Positions 20,440-32,477 of a stretch of 64,000 nt of DNA are shown one piece after another. The stretch comes from Gemmatimonadales bacterium (lineage in GTDB: Bacteria; Gemmatimonadota; Gemmatimonadetes; Gemmatimonadales; GWC2-71-9). The translations under genes were made by a program, and so were the position numbers. Position 1 is the stretch's first letter; every line of letters begins with the position of its first letter. A model generated the notes under the pieces. The model had not been told where the DNA came from. It saw only the letters and a list, made by a program, of their open reading frames with translations, and ran no database searches. The stretch covers positions 149,901 to 213,900 of the forward strand of contig JAWKQM010000005.1 in NCBI GenBank assembly GCA_041390145.1, read 5' to 3'.

Positions 20440-21477
20440 ATGAAGCTGCCCTCCTTTCGCCTAAGCTCGCTTATCCCCGCCAATGAAATTGCGGTCGATC
20501 TGGGCACGGCGAATACGCTGATTTACGTGAAGGGCGAGGGCATCGTGCTGAACGAGCCTTCCGTCGTCGCGCTTGAAAAAGCCACGGGCAAGATCAAGGG
20601 CATCGGACTCGAGGCAAAGCGGATGCTGGGGCGCACCCCCGAAGGCATCCTCGCCGTACGTCCGCTGAAGGACGGCGTCATCGCCGACTTCGACGTGACC
20701 GAGAAGATGCTCCGCTATTTCCTCAAGACGATCATCGACAAGCATGTGTTCCGCGTGAAGCCGAAGGTCATCGTGTGCGTGCCGAGCGGCATCACCGAAG
20801 TGGAGCGGCGCGCGGTGCGCGACTCCGCGGAAACGGCTGGGGCCAAGGAAGTGTGGATGGTGGCGGAACCGATGGCGGCGGCCATCGGCGTGGGGCTGCC
20901 GGTGGAAACGCCGACGGGCAACATGGTCATCGACATCGGCGGCGGCACCACGGAAATCGCGGTCATCGCGCTGTCCGGCATCGTGTCCGACACATCGATC
21001 CGCACCGGCGGCGACGAGCTCGACATGGCCATCGTGCAGTTCATGCGCAAGAACTACAATCTCCTCGTCGGCGAGCCGACGGCGGAGGCGATCAAGATCA
21101 AGATCGGCTCGGCGGCTCCCGTCGGCGAGGAGCGCGAGATGGAGGTCAAGGGACGGGACCTGGTGTCCGGGATCCCGAAGACCGTGCGCGTCCACTCCTC
21201 GGAAATCCGCGAGGCGGTTCAGGAGCCGATCCAGCAAATCGTCGACGCGGTTCGCCGCGCCCTCGAAATTACCCCGCCGGAGCTCGCCAGCGACATCGTG
21301 GACCGCGGGATCATCATGACCGGCGGCGGCGCGCTCATCCGCGGGCTCGACGTGCTCCTGGCCCAGGAAACCGGGCTCCCGATCCACGTGGACGAAGATC
21401 CGCTCACCTGCGTTGTCCGCGGCACAGGCCGCATCCTCGACGACCCGCTGAAGTACCAAAGCGTCCTTTCCAAGTAG
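20440..21477 (+). CDS. mreB: Rod shape-determining protein MreB
   Basis: [28 protein letters not shown]...[12 protein letters not shown]...[15 protein letters not shown] 20440 is preferred over the ORF-track start at 20362. Confidence 0.95.
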   Translation: MKLPSFRLSSLIPANEIAVDLGTANTLIYVKGEGIVLNEPSVVALEKATGKIKGIGLEAKRMLGRTPEGILAVRPLKDGVIADFDVTEKMLRYFLKTIIDKHVFRVKPKVIVCVPSGITEVERRAVRDSAETAGAKEVWMVAEPMAAAIGVGLPVETPTGNMVIDIGGGTTEIAVIALSGIVSDTSIRTGGDELDMAIVQFMRKNYNLLVGEPTAEAIKIKIGSAAPVGEEREMEVKGRDLVSGIPKTVRVHSSEIREAVQEPIQQIVDAVRRALEITPPELASDIVDRGIIMTGGGALIRGLDVLLAQETGLPIHVDEDPLTCVVRGTGRILDDPLKYQSVLSK

Positions 21478-21478
21478 C

Positions 21479-22318
21479 ATGCTGGCGCCGGATCGCACGT
21501 TCGCCCGTCGCGACACCGCCCTCTTCATCCTCTGCCTCGTCCTGTCGGTGGGTGCCCTGTTCGCACCGGAGAGCTGGCAGTACGCCATCGCCTCCAGCGC
21601 CCGCAACACGGCGCTCGCCCCGCTGATCGCGTTGCAGCGCCGCGCCGAGGCCTCGCGCACCAGCCTGGCGCGCTTCGAGTTGTTGACCGCCCAGCGTGAT
21701 TCCGCCACCGTCGCGGCGCAGTCGCTCCCCGTCCTACTCGACGAGAACAATCAGCTTCGCGCGCTCCTCGGCCTGACGCAGCGGTTGCCACGGCGGGTGA
21801 TTCCTGCCGAGGTGCTCCACCAGTCGCTCCCGACCGATGGACGGACCCTGCTCCTCGGCGCGGGTCGCCAATCGGGACTCGAGCCGTTCCAGGCGGTGGT
21901 GGCCCCGGAGGGGCTGCTTGGGGTCGTGCTCACCGCCGGACCCACCACATCCGTGGTCATGACCTGGGCACATCCCGACTTTCGCGCGAGCGCGGTGACA
22001 CTGGACGGCTCCGTCATGCGGCATCATCGGCGGCCACCGCGGACGCTTCGGTGCGCGAACCGATGCTGCCGTCCCGCAGGAGTTCCCTATCGGGACTCAG
22101 TCCCGGTGGGGACCGAGGTCATCACCTCCGGGCTCGGCGGGGGTGTATCGCGCGGTCTCCCCATCGGAACGGTGGTTGGTGTGGCCCGCCAGTCGGAGGG
22201 GTGGGAGCGGGTCTACCTCGTCCGCCCGGCGGCCGCACCCGCGCGGGTGAGCCACGCCCTCGTCCTCCCCGCCACGACCGTGTGGGTACCGGCGCCAGTG
22301 GGGGACTCCCTCCCATGA
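21479..22318 (+). CDS. mreC: Rod shape-determining protein MreC (central part looks locally out of frame, see findings)
   Basis: Position between mreB and mreD, an N-terminal TM segment, a coiled-coil-like region with ENNQLRALL, and VITSGLGG..RGLPIGTVVGV near the C-terminus. Confidence 0.8.
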   Translation: MLAPDRTFARRDTALFILCLVLSVGALFAPESWQYAIASSARNTALAPLIALQRRAEASRTSLARFELLTAQRDSATVAAQSLPVLLDENNQLRALLGLTQRLPRRVIPAEVLHQSLPTDGRTLLLGAGRQSGLEPFQAVVAPEGLLGVVLTAGPTTSVVMTWAHPDFRASAVTLDGSVMRHHRRPPRTLRCANRCCRPAGVPYRDSVPVGTEVITSGLGGGVSRGLPIGTVVGVARQSEGWERVYLVRPAAAPARVSHALVLPATTVWVPAPVGDSLP

Positions 22319-22812
22319 GTTCCGCACGCGGCAGCCGCATCCGCTTCAGCCTTGTGATGCTCCTCCTGGTGGGGCTCCAGTTCTATGTCCGCCCTCGGCT
22401 CGGCAACCCGCACGTCGCGCCCGATTTCCTGATGCTCGGCCTGATGATCTTCGCCATCCGGAGCCGGCCCGGCGCCGCCGCATTTGCGGGGTTCCTGATC
22501 GGTTTTGCCAGCGACGCCCTCACGCCGGCGCGGTTCGGCGCCGCGATGCTCGCCAACACGCTGGTCGGGTATGCCGCGGCGTGGGGGCGCGCCGTCTTCT
22601 TTGCCGACAACCTGCTCGTCAACGCCGGGTTCATCGCCGTCGGCGTCTGGCTGCGCGACCTGCTGGTGCTGATGGCCAGCGGGACCGGCGGGAAGGAACT
22701 GGCGGTCCAGCTCGGCGTCTGGAGCCCGCTCATGGCGCTCAGCACCGCCGTGACCGGCATCGTGGTCCTGACGGTGTTCCGCGACTGGCTTGATATCCGG
22801 CTCGAGGAATGA
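22315..22812 (+). CDS. mreD: Rod shape-determining protein MreD
   Basis: Small polytopic membrane protein directly after mreC (ATGA overlap at 22315-22318) and before PBP2. The longer ORF-track start at 22051 lies inside mreC. Confidence 0.75.
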   Translation: MSSARGSRIRFSLVMLLLVGLQFYVRPRLGNPHVAPDFLMLGLMIFAIRSRPGAAAFAGFLIGFASDALTPARFGAAMLANTLVGYAAAWGRAVFFADNLLVNAGFIAVGVWLRDLLVLMASGTGGKELAVQLGVWSPLMALSTAVTGIVVLTVFRDWLDIRLEE

Positions 22813-24701
22813 ACGAGTTCCACTCCTATCGTCGCGCCGAGCGGGCGGCGATCGCCCGCTGGTTCTTCTTCGCGACTTTTCTCGTCCTCTCCGTCGCGTT
22901 CTTCCGCACCCAGGTCGTCCAGCACGAGCGGTTCCGGCTGCGCGCCGAGAAGAACCGACTGCGCATCGTTCCCCTGATGGCACCGCGCGGCGTCATCTAT
23001 GACCGCAACGGCCTGGTCATCGCCGACAACATTCCCGGCTATGCGATCAAGCTCCTTGCGCCGTCGGCCGACTCGCTGCGTGCGGTGCTTGCGCGGTTCA
23101 TGGCGGTGGTCCCGCTCGACAGCGCCCAGGTCAGCGGGATCATGGCGCGCTACCGCCAGGCGCCGTACCAGCCGGTCGTGGTGCTCGGGACCGGAAGCTT
23201 CGAGACGGTGTCGCGGCTCGAGGAGCGCCGGGCCGTCCTGCCCGGCCTGGTCATCCAGTCGGAGCCGCGCCGGTTCTACCCCGATGGCAAGGCGGTGTCG
23301 CACCTGGTCGGGTATGTCGGGGAAGTCAGTGAACGCGATCTCGAGACCGACCGGTTTCCGGGCGCGCAGCTCGGGACAGTGGTCGGGCGGGCGGGGCTGG
23401 AACAGGAATATGACGCGGAGCTGCGGGGGCGGCCCGGTGTGCACTACGTCGAGGTGAACGCGCGCGGGCGCCTGGTACGCGAAGACGACGTGGCCCCGAC
23501 GCTGCCGGCGATCCCGGGCGAGGCGATCCATACCACCATCGACCTCGAATTGCAGCGCTACATCGACAGCCTCTGGCAGGCGGCGGCGCCCGGGGTGCGT
23601 GGCGCGATGGTGGCGCTCACGCCGTCCGGTGAAGTCCTCGCGCTCTACAGCGCGCCGGGATACGACCCGAACGAATTCGTCGGCGGCATTTCCACCACGG
23701 AGTGGCGGAAGCTGAACGAGGATCCCGCCAAGCCGCTCCTCGACCGTGCCATCCAGACCCGCTATCCCCCCGCTTCGCCGTTCAAGCTGGCGACCGCCGC
23801 CATGGCCCTCAAGCGGGGTGTCGCCACCTTCTCGACGCACATGCCGGAACCCTGCCGGGGCGGCCTGCAGGTGGGCAATCGCTACTTCCGGTGCTGGAAG
23901 CCGGAAGGGCATGGCAACCTCGATCTCGAGGGCGCCATCGCGAAGAGTTGCGACGTCTACTTCTACCAGCTCGGCCTCCGGATCGGACTCGACGCCATCC
24001 TGAGCGACGGCGTGCTGATGGGCTTCCGCGACAAGAGCGGGATCGACCTGGAGAACGAGATCGCCCCGATCTACCCGTCGAACGCCGCCTATTTTGACCG
24101 GAAATACGGGCCGCGCGGATGGAGCAAGTGGGGCGCAACGCTCAATTTTTCCATCGGGCAGGGGGAGAACACCCAGAACGTCATCAACATGACCCGGTTC
24201 TTCGCGGCCCTGGCCAGCGGGGGCGGCGCACCCACACCGTATATCGTGAAGCCGCGCAGCGACGAGGTGCGTGAGCTCGGCCTCTCGCCGGCCCAGCTGG
24301 AAGGGCTCCGCACGGCGCTGATTGCGGTGGTGGAGCGGGGGACCGCGGCCGCGAGCCGGAGCCTCGACCTGGAGCTGGCGGGGAAGACCGGAACCGCGCA
24401 GAACTCGCACGGCGAAGACCACGGGTGGTACGTCGGATTCGCGCCCGCCCACAAGCCGACCATCATCGTGGGCAGCATCATGGAATTTGCCGAGCATGGC
24501 TCGAACGTGGCGCCGTACGTCAACAAGGTGCTCGCGCGGTATGTGCTGGGGAAAGACTTCAGCGATACGCCCCTGACGGTGGCCCTCCCCGCCGACTCCG
24601 CCCCCCGTGCGGTCCAGATCACCCCCGACTCCCTGCGCCTCATCGACCCGGTGGCCGACGACACCGTGCTGCCGCCGCCGCCGGCGCCCTCCGAGCCATG
24701 A
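22809..24701 (+). CDS. mrdA: Penicillin-binding protein 2 (elongasome transpeptidase)
   Basis: N-terminal TM segment, R.I..PRG.IYDRNG..IA.N, and transpeptidase motifs ASPFKL (SxxK), a candidate SxN at FSIGQGEN, and LAGKTGTAQ (KTG). Confidence 0.92.
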   Translation: MNEFHSYRRAERAAIARWFFFATFLVLSVAFFRTQVVQHERFRLRAEKNRLRIVPLMAPRGVIYDRNGLVIADNIPGYAIKLLAPSADSLRAVLARFMAVVPLDSAQVSGIMARYRQAPYQPVVVLGTGSFETVSRLEERRAVLPGLVIQSEPRRFYPDGKAVSHLVGYVGEVSERDLETDRFPGAQLGTVVGRAGLEQEYDAELRGRPGVHYVEVNARGRLVREDDVAPTLPAIPGEAIHTTIDLELQRYIDSLWQAAAPGVRGAMVALTPSGEVLALYSAPGYDPNEFVGGISTTEWRKLNEDPAKPLLDRAIQTRYPPASPFKLATAAMALKRGVATFSTHMPEPCRGGLQVGNRYFRCWKPEGHGNLDLEGAIAKSCDVYFYQLGLRIGLDAILSDGVLMGFRDKSGIDLENEIAPIYPSNAAYFDRKYGPRGWSKWGATLNFSIGQGENTQNVINMTRFFAALASGGGAPTPYIVKPRSDEVRELGLSPAQLEGLRTALIAVVERGTAAASRSLDLELAGKTGTAQNSHGEDHGWYVGFAPAHKPTIIVGSIMEFAEHGSNVAPYVNKVLARYVLGKDFSDTPLTVALPADSAPRAVQITPDSLRLIDPVADDTVLPPPPAPSEP

Positions 24702-25939
24702 GATCGCTCGGCCCCGACCGGCCGCTGATTGCGGTGACGCTGCTCCTCGCCGCCTATGGCCTCCTGACGCTCTACTCCGCCGGCCAGACCGACGTGATGA
24801 CACAGGCCCAAGGGGTGTGGGTCCGGCAGCTGGTGTGGCTGGGCGTCGGAATCGTGGCGGCGTCGATCACCTTTCGGTTCTCGTTTCGGCTGCTGGAGTG
24901 GCTCGCGCCCGCGGCGTACGGCCTTGGCATCCTGCTGTTGCTGGTCACGCTCGTGGTGGGCACGGGGCAGGGGACCGCCGCTGGCACGAAGAGCTGGCTG
25001 GCCATCGGCGGACATCAGATCGGTCAGCCGGCCGAACTGGCGAAGCTTGCCGTCATCCTCATGCTGGCGCGCTACCTTTCGGCACTGCGGGATCCACCGC
25101 GGAACCTGCGGGAGCTGGTCGCCCCGTGCATGATCGCGGGCGTCCCGTTTCTCCTGGTGCTGAAGCAGCCCGACCTCGGCAGTGCCATCGTCTTCGTCGG
25201 CATCCTCTTCCTGATGCTCTTCTGGGCCGGGGTGAAGCCATCGCTGCTCTTCATGCTGGCCAGCCCCGGCCTGAGCCTGCTCCTCGCCTTCAACACGTGG
25301 ACGTGGGGCCTCTGGATGATCATGCTGGCGGTGCTGCTCTTTGCCTGGCGCCCGTATGTCGTGGAGGCGGTCTTCCTCTACGTGGTGAATTCGGTGATGG
25401 GGGCAGTGGCCATCCCCCTCTGGCAGCGGCTGGCCCCGTACCAGCAAAACCGGCTCCTGACCTTCTTGAATCCCGAGATCGATCCCCGAGCCGCTGGCTA
25501 CCACGCGATCCAGTCGCGGGTCGCGATCGGTTCCGGCGGGTGGTTCGGCAACGGCTTCACACTGGGACCTCAGAAGCGACTGGCCTTTCTCCCCGCGCAG
25601 CACACGGACTTCATCTTCTCCGTGGTGGGGGAGGAGCTGGGGTTCGTCGGCGTGCTCGTCGCCCTGGCGCTCTTCCTGGTCCTCTTCCTGATCCTGCTCA
25701 GGATCGCCAGAAGGGCGACCGATCCCTTCGCGAGCCTGGCCGTTTTCGGCGTGCTGGCGCTCTTGTTCACTCATGTGTTCGAAAATGTGGGGATGACGGT
25801 CAATTTGATGCCGATTACGGGCATTCCGCTGCCGTTTTTCTCCTACGGCGGGTCGTTTTTCCTGATATGCTGTGTGTCAATCGGGCTGGTCCTGCGGGCC
25901 GCCTGGGACGCACGCCTTTCAGGCTATGCTGATATGTGA
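24698..25939 (+). CDS. rodA: Peptidoglycan glycosyltransferase RodA (SEDS family)
   Basis: Polytopic membrane protein with QPAELAKLAVIL, LKQPDLGSA, HTDFIFSVVGEELGFVG and PITGIPLPFFSYGGS. ATG 24698 overlaps the mrdA stop. Confidence 0.92.
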   Translation: MRSLGPDRPLIAVTLLLAAYGLLTLYSAGQTDVMTQAQGVWVRQLVWLGVGIVAASITFRFSFRLLEWLAPAAYGLGILLLLVTLVVGTGQGTAAGTKSWLAIGGHQIGQPAELAKLAVILMLARYLSALRDPPRNLRELVAPCMIAGVPFLLVLKQPDLGSAIVFVGILFLMLFWAGVKPSLLFMLASPGLSLLLAFNTWTWGLWMIMLAVLLFAWRPYVVEAVFLYVVNSVMGAVAIPLWQRLAPYQQNRLLTFLNPEIDPRAAGYHAIQSRVAIGSGGWFGNGFTLGPQKRLAFLPAQHTDFIFSVVGEELGFVGVLVALALFLVLFLILLRIARRATDPFASLAVFGVLALLFTHVFENVGMTVNLMPITGIPLPFFSYGGSFFLICCVSIGLVLRAAWDARLSGYADM

Positions 25940-26053
25940 CAACAGCTTAGCCTTGATGGTCTGGCGCTGAACGCCTCAACCCCACAGATTAGTAGTTGCG
26001 ATGCAATCACCCTCCTCCCCCCCTGGAACCTCCTCAACCCCGATCGGGGTGTA

Positions 26054-26920
26054 ATGGCCTGGTTCAAGAAAGAGCGAAAGCCCCGGACTCCGGTCCGCGA
26101 GCGTCGCGAGGTTCCCGCCGATGCCTGGGAGAAGTGTGACGAATGCGGTCACATGGACATCCGGGACAAGTTCGAGCGCGCCCTCAACGTCTGTCCCGAG
26201 TGCGGCAAGCACCGCCGGATCAGCGCGGAGGAGTACATCGAGCTGTTGACGGACGAGGGCTCCTGGCGCGAGCTGTGGGGAAACCTCCGGTCGGAAGACC
26301 CGCTCCACTTCGAGTCGTACCCCGAGCGCCTCACCAAGGCGATTGAGAAGGCCGGGCCGGCGGACGCCATTTACACCGGCATCGGGCAACTGGACGGGCT
26401 CGCCTATTATCTGGGCGTCATGAACTTCGCCTTCATGGGCGGGTCGATGGGCTCGGTGGTCGGAGAGAAGATCGCCCGCCTCGCCCGGCGCGCGCTGCGG
26501 AAGAAGCGCCCCCTGGTCTTGGTCTGTGCCTCGGGCGGTGCCCGCATGCAGGAGGGGGTCTATTCCCTCATGCAGATGGCCAAGACCAGCGCGGCGCTGG
26601 CCCAGCTCGGCCTGCACGGCATTCCCTTCATCACCATCCTGACCGACCCCACGACCGGCGGCGTGTCGGCGTCATACGCCATGCAGGGCGACGTGATTCT
26701 CGCCGAACCAGGGGCGCTCATCGGGTTTGCCGGCCAGCGGGTGATCAAGCAGACTATTGGACAGGACCTGCCGGAAGGATTCCAGACCGCAGAGTTCCTG
26801 CTGGATCATGGGCAGGTCGACGACGTGGTCCCGCGCGGATCACTGCGGGACACCACCGCCCGACTCCTCCGGCACATGCAGGGCGCGCGGGCACGCTACG
26901 AAGCGGCCGACGCCGTCTAG
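26054..26920 (+). CDS. accD: Acetyl-CoA carboxylase carboxyltransferase beta subunit (Zn-ribbon N-terminus)
   Basis: W.KC..CG......L...L.VCP.CG.H.RI.A..R Zn-ribbon, then FMGGSMGSVVGEK and SGGARMQEG. Confidence 0.93.
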   Translation: MAWFKKERKPRTPVRERREVPADAWEKCDECGHMDIRDKFERALNVCPECGKHRRISAEEYIELLTDEGSWRELWGNLRSEDPLHFESYPERLTKAIEKAGPADAIYTGIGQLDGLAYYLGVMNFAFMGGSMGSVVGEKIARLARRALRKKRPLVLVCASGGARMQEGVYSLMQMAKTSAALAQLGLHGIPFITILTDPTTGGVSASYAMQGDVILAEPGALIGFAGQRVIKQTIGQDLPEGFQTAEFLLDHGQVDDVVPRGSLRDTTARLLRHMQGARARYEAADAV

Positions 26921-26934
26921 CCCCCGCGAAGACT

Positions 26935-27034
26935 CACACGAAGACACGAAGCCACGAAATCATGGAGAAAGCTCAACGCGAGATCGCTCCCATGGCTCGT
27001 CTCACTCACCTTCGTGCCTTCGTGTCTTCGTGTG
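26935..27034. repeat. ~100-nt hairpin element whose arms are tandem CACGAAG-type octamers
   Basis: The left arm cacacgaagacacgaagccacgaa (26935-26958) matches the reverse complement of the right arm ttcgtgccttcgtgtcttcgtgtg (27011-27034) at 23 of 24 positions. An inner CATGGAG/CTCCCATG pair is also present. It lies between the accD stop and the folC start. Confidence 0.9.
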
Positions 27035-27053
27035 AAGCTGTCAACGTGATGCC

Positions 27054-28295
27054 GTGAATTCGGTCCCCTTGTCGTACGCCGAAGCCCTGGCCTTTCTCTT
27101 CCCCCGCACGACCACCATCAAGTTCGGGCTCGACACCACCGCCGCCCTCCTGCGGGACCTCGGCGATCCGCACACCGTCTTTCCCTCGATCCATATCGGT
27201 GGCACCAACGGCAAGGGCAGCGTGGCGGCGCTCGTGGCGGAGGCGCTCCGCTGCGCCGGCTGGCGCGTCGGCCTCTACACCTCGCCCCACCTCGTCTCCT
27301 TTCGGGAACGGATTCGGGTCGACGGGGTGCCGATTTCCGAGGCGGCGGTGGCGATGTGGACAGCCCGGATGGCGCCCCGCATCCAGGAGCTCGGCGCGAC
27401 TTTCTTCGAAGCCTCCACGGCCATGGCCTTTGCCGATTTCGCCGCGCGCGGGGTGGAGATTGCGGTCGTGGAGGTGGGGCTCGGCGGACGCCTCGACAGC
27501 ACCAATATTGTCCAGCCGCTGGTCAGCGCCGTCACCAAGATCGCAATGGACCACATGAAGTATCTCGGCGAGAACCTGACCGACATCGCGAGGGAAAAGG
27601 CCGGCATCGCCAAGCCAGGGGTGCCCTTCATCATCGGCGAGCGGGAACCCGCCGTGGTGGACGTCCTCCGGCAGGAGGCCCACCGCCGTGCGCATGAGGT
27701 CGGAGGCCAGGCGGACGTGCGGGTGCTGCCGCCCGCATACACATGGACGGGACCGCTCGGGCTGCGAGGTGCCCATCAACGCCGGAATGCCGGCGTGGCC
27801 CATGGCATCCTCATGGCCCTTCCTGAGCGGTGGCGGCCCGGCCTGGAGGCAATTCACGAAGGCTTCGAGGCTGCGCGGGTTCCAGGCCGGCTGGATCGGC
27901 GCGGGAAGTGGCTCTTCGACGTGGCCCACAATCCCGACGGGATGGAGTCCCTCGTCTCGGCGCTCCAGGCCGACCCGCCGCCGGGCCCCGTGCATGCCCT
28001 GGTGAGCATTCTGGGTGACAAGGAGTGGCCCACCATGCTGGTGTGGCTCGACTCCGTGGTGGATCGGGGGGTGCTGACCGTGTCTCCATCGGCGGCCGAG
28101 CGGGGGTGGGACCTCGGATGGCTCGAATCATGGTTGGCGCGCTCCGATCGACCGCCGGCCCGCGCCCAATGGGTGCTTGTCCCTGACTTTACGGCAGCGC
28201 TCCGCGAGGTGCAGTTGGATGCCGGGACGGTGCTGGTGACCGGTTCCTTCCACACGGTCGGCGACGTGATGGAGGCGTTGGGCCTCGGGGAGTAG
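27054..28295 (+). CDS. folC: Bifunctional folylpolyglutamate synthase / dihydrofolate synthase
   Basis: HIGGTNGKGSV (P-loop of Mur-ligase-like FolC), VVEVGLGGRLDSTN and EKAGI.K.G.P. Confidence 0.9.
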   Translation: MNSVPLSYAEALAFLFPRTTTIKFGLDTTAALLRDLGDPHTVFPSIHIGGTNGKGSVAALVAEALRCAGWRVGLYTSPHLVSFRERIRVDGVPISEAAVAMWTARMAPRIQELGATFFEASTAMAFADFAARGVEIAVVEVGLGGRLDSTNIVQPLVSAVTKIAMDHMKYLGENLTDIAREKAGIAKPGVPFIIGEREPAVVDVLRQEAHRRAHEVGGQADVRVLPPAYTWTGPLGLRGAHQRRNAGVAHGILMALPERWRPGLEAIHEGFEAARVPGRLDRRGKWLFDVAHNPDGMESLVSALQADPPPGPVHALVSILGDKEWPTMLVWLDSVVDRGVLTVSPSAAERGWDLGWLESWLARSDRPPARAQWVLVPDFTAALREVQLDAGTVLVTGSFHTVGDVMEALGLGE

Positions 28296-28345
28296 GGCCC
28301 CGTTCGGCATAGCCAAATCCTTTATTTTCAAGTATTTTGCCCCCC

Positions 28346-31134
<2,789 letters not shown>

Positions 31135-31138
31135 TGGC

Positions 31139-31170
31139 GGGGCAGGGGGGCAGGGTGGCAGCGGGGCAGG
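31139..31170. repeat. Tandem octamer array GGGGCAGG GGGGCAGG GTGGCAGC GGGGCAGG (opposite orientation of the GCTGCCCC family)
   Basis: Read directly between the proS stop (31132-31134) and the preferred lysA ATG (31194). At least four G-runs of 3 or more lie on the sense strand. Confidence 0.9.
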
Positions 31171-31193
31171 CCGCCCTGCTGCAGGACGCGGGG

Positions 31194-32465
31194 ATGATTG
31201 TGTCCGACGAGGGGCTGGTCATGGCGGGGGTGCCGCTCGCGCGGATTGCGCGCGAGGTCGGCACCCCCGCCTTCGTCTACAATGCGGAAGCGATCCGCCG
31301 CCAGTACCGTGCGCTGGAGACGGCGTTCGCCGGCATCCCCCACCGCATCTGCTACGCGGTCAAGGCGAACAGCAACCTTGCGATCCTGCGGCTGTTGCAC
31401 GACCTGGGCGCCGGCGCGGACCTGGTGTCCGCCGGCGAAATGCGGCGGGCCATCGCCGCGGGATTTGCGCCCGGCGCCCTCGTCTTCAGCGGTGTCGGCA
31501 AGACGGCCGGGGAACTGGAGGACACGGTTGCCGCGGGCATCGGCCAGGTGAACGTCGAATCGGTCGAGGAACTCAAGCTCCTCGGTGCCGTGGCGGCACG
31601 CCTCGACCGTGTCACCTCGGTCGGCATTCGGGTCAACCCCGATGTCACGACCGACACCCATCCCTACATCTCGACCAGCCACGGCGGCATCAAGTTTGGC
31701 GTCCCGCACGATCAGGTGCAGCAGGCGGCGGACTACATCCGCGAGCATCCTCAATTGCGGCTCACCGCGGTCGCGATGCATCTCGGGAGCCAACTGCTCG
31801 ACCCCGCGCCGTATGCCGAAGCGCTCGGGAAGCTGGTGGCCCTGGTGAAGGAACTGCGCGCGGCCGGCATCTCCACGCTTGAATCACTGGACATCGGCGG
31901 CGGCCTCGGCATCCGGTATCAGCCTGAGGCCGGGCCGGGGATGGACCCCGCGGCGCTCGCCGCCGTCGTCGGGCCCCTCGCCGCGCAGGCCGGTCTGCCC
32001 ATCACCATGGAGCCGGGACGGTTCCTGGTCGGCAGCGCGGGGGTGTTGTTGACGACGGTGCTGTACCGGAAGCATTCGGGCGGGCGTGACTTCGTCATCG
32101 TGGACGCCGCGATGAACGATCTCCTGCGGCCAAGCCTCTACCGCGCGCACCACGAGATCGTGGAGGTCGTCCCGGCGGGCCGACAGGCCGGGCCGGTCGA
32201 CGTGGTGGGCCCGATCTGCGAAACGGGCGATTTCCTGGCGCTGGAGCGGGTCCTGCCAAAGGTGGAGCCCGGCGAGCGGCTGGCCGCGCTCTGTGCCGGC
32301 GCCTACGGCTTTGTCATGAGTTCCAATTACAACACCCGCGGTCGCGCGGCGGAGGTGCTGGTGGACGGTGGGCGCGCGGCGGTGGTGCGGCCCCGCGAAT
32401 CCGTCGACGGTCTCTTCGCGTCCGAAATCGCCGACCCCTTTGCCACCCTCTCCGACAACGGGTGA
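31194..32465 (+). CDS. lysA: Diaminopimelate decarboxylase
   Basis: GTPAFVYN...YAVKAN.N.AIL..L...G.G.D.VS.GE...GGGLGI...CE.GD...GAY. The start is set at MIVSDEGL (31194) because the longer ORF reads through the octamer repeat. Confidence 0.88.
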   Translation: MIVSDEGLVMAGVPLARIAREVGTPAFVYNAEAIRRQYRALETAFAGIPHRICYAVKANSNLAILRLLHDLGAGADLVSAGEMRRAIAAGFAPGALVFSGVGKTAGELEDTVAAGIGQVNVESVEELKLLGAVAARLDRVTSVGIRVNPDVTTDTHPYISTSHGGIKFGVPHDQVQQAADYIREHPQLRLTAVAMHLGSQLLDPAPYAEALGKLVALVKELRAAGISTLESLDIGGGLGIRYQPEAGPGMDPAALAAVVGPLAAQAGLPITMEPGRFLVGSAGVLLTTVLYRKHSGGRDFVIVDAAMNDLLRPSLYRAHHEIVEVVPAGRQAGPVDVVGPICETGDFLALERVLPKVEPGERLAALCAGAYGFVMSSNYNTRGRAAEVLVDGGRAAVVRPRESVDGLFASEIADPFATLSDNG

Positions 32466-32477
32466 GGAATCAGCGGA

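Noticed and set aside
22383-24803. 806-aa ORF antisense to mreD/mrdA
   Set aside because: Same reasoning. It mirrors the PBP2 gene, has low-complexity Arg/Gly/Pro composition, and has no plausible RBS or motifs.
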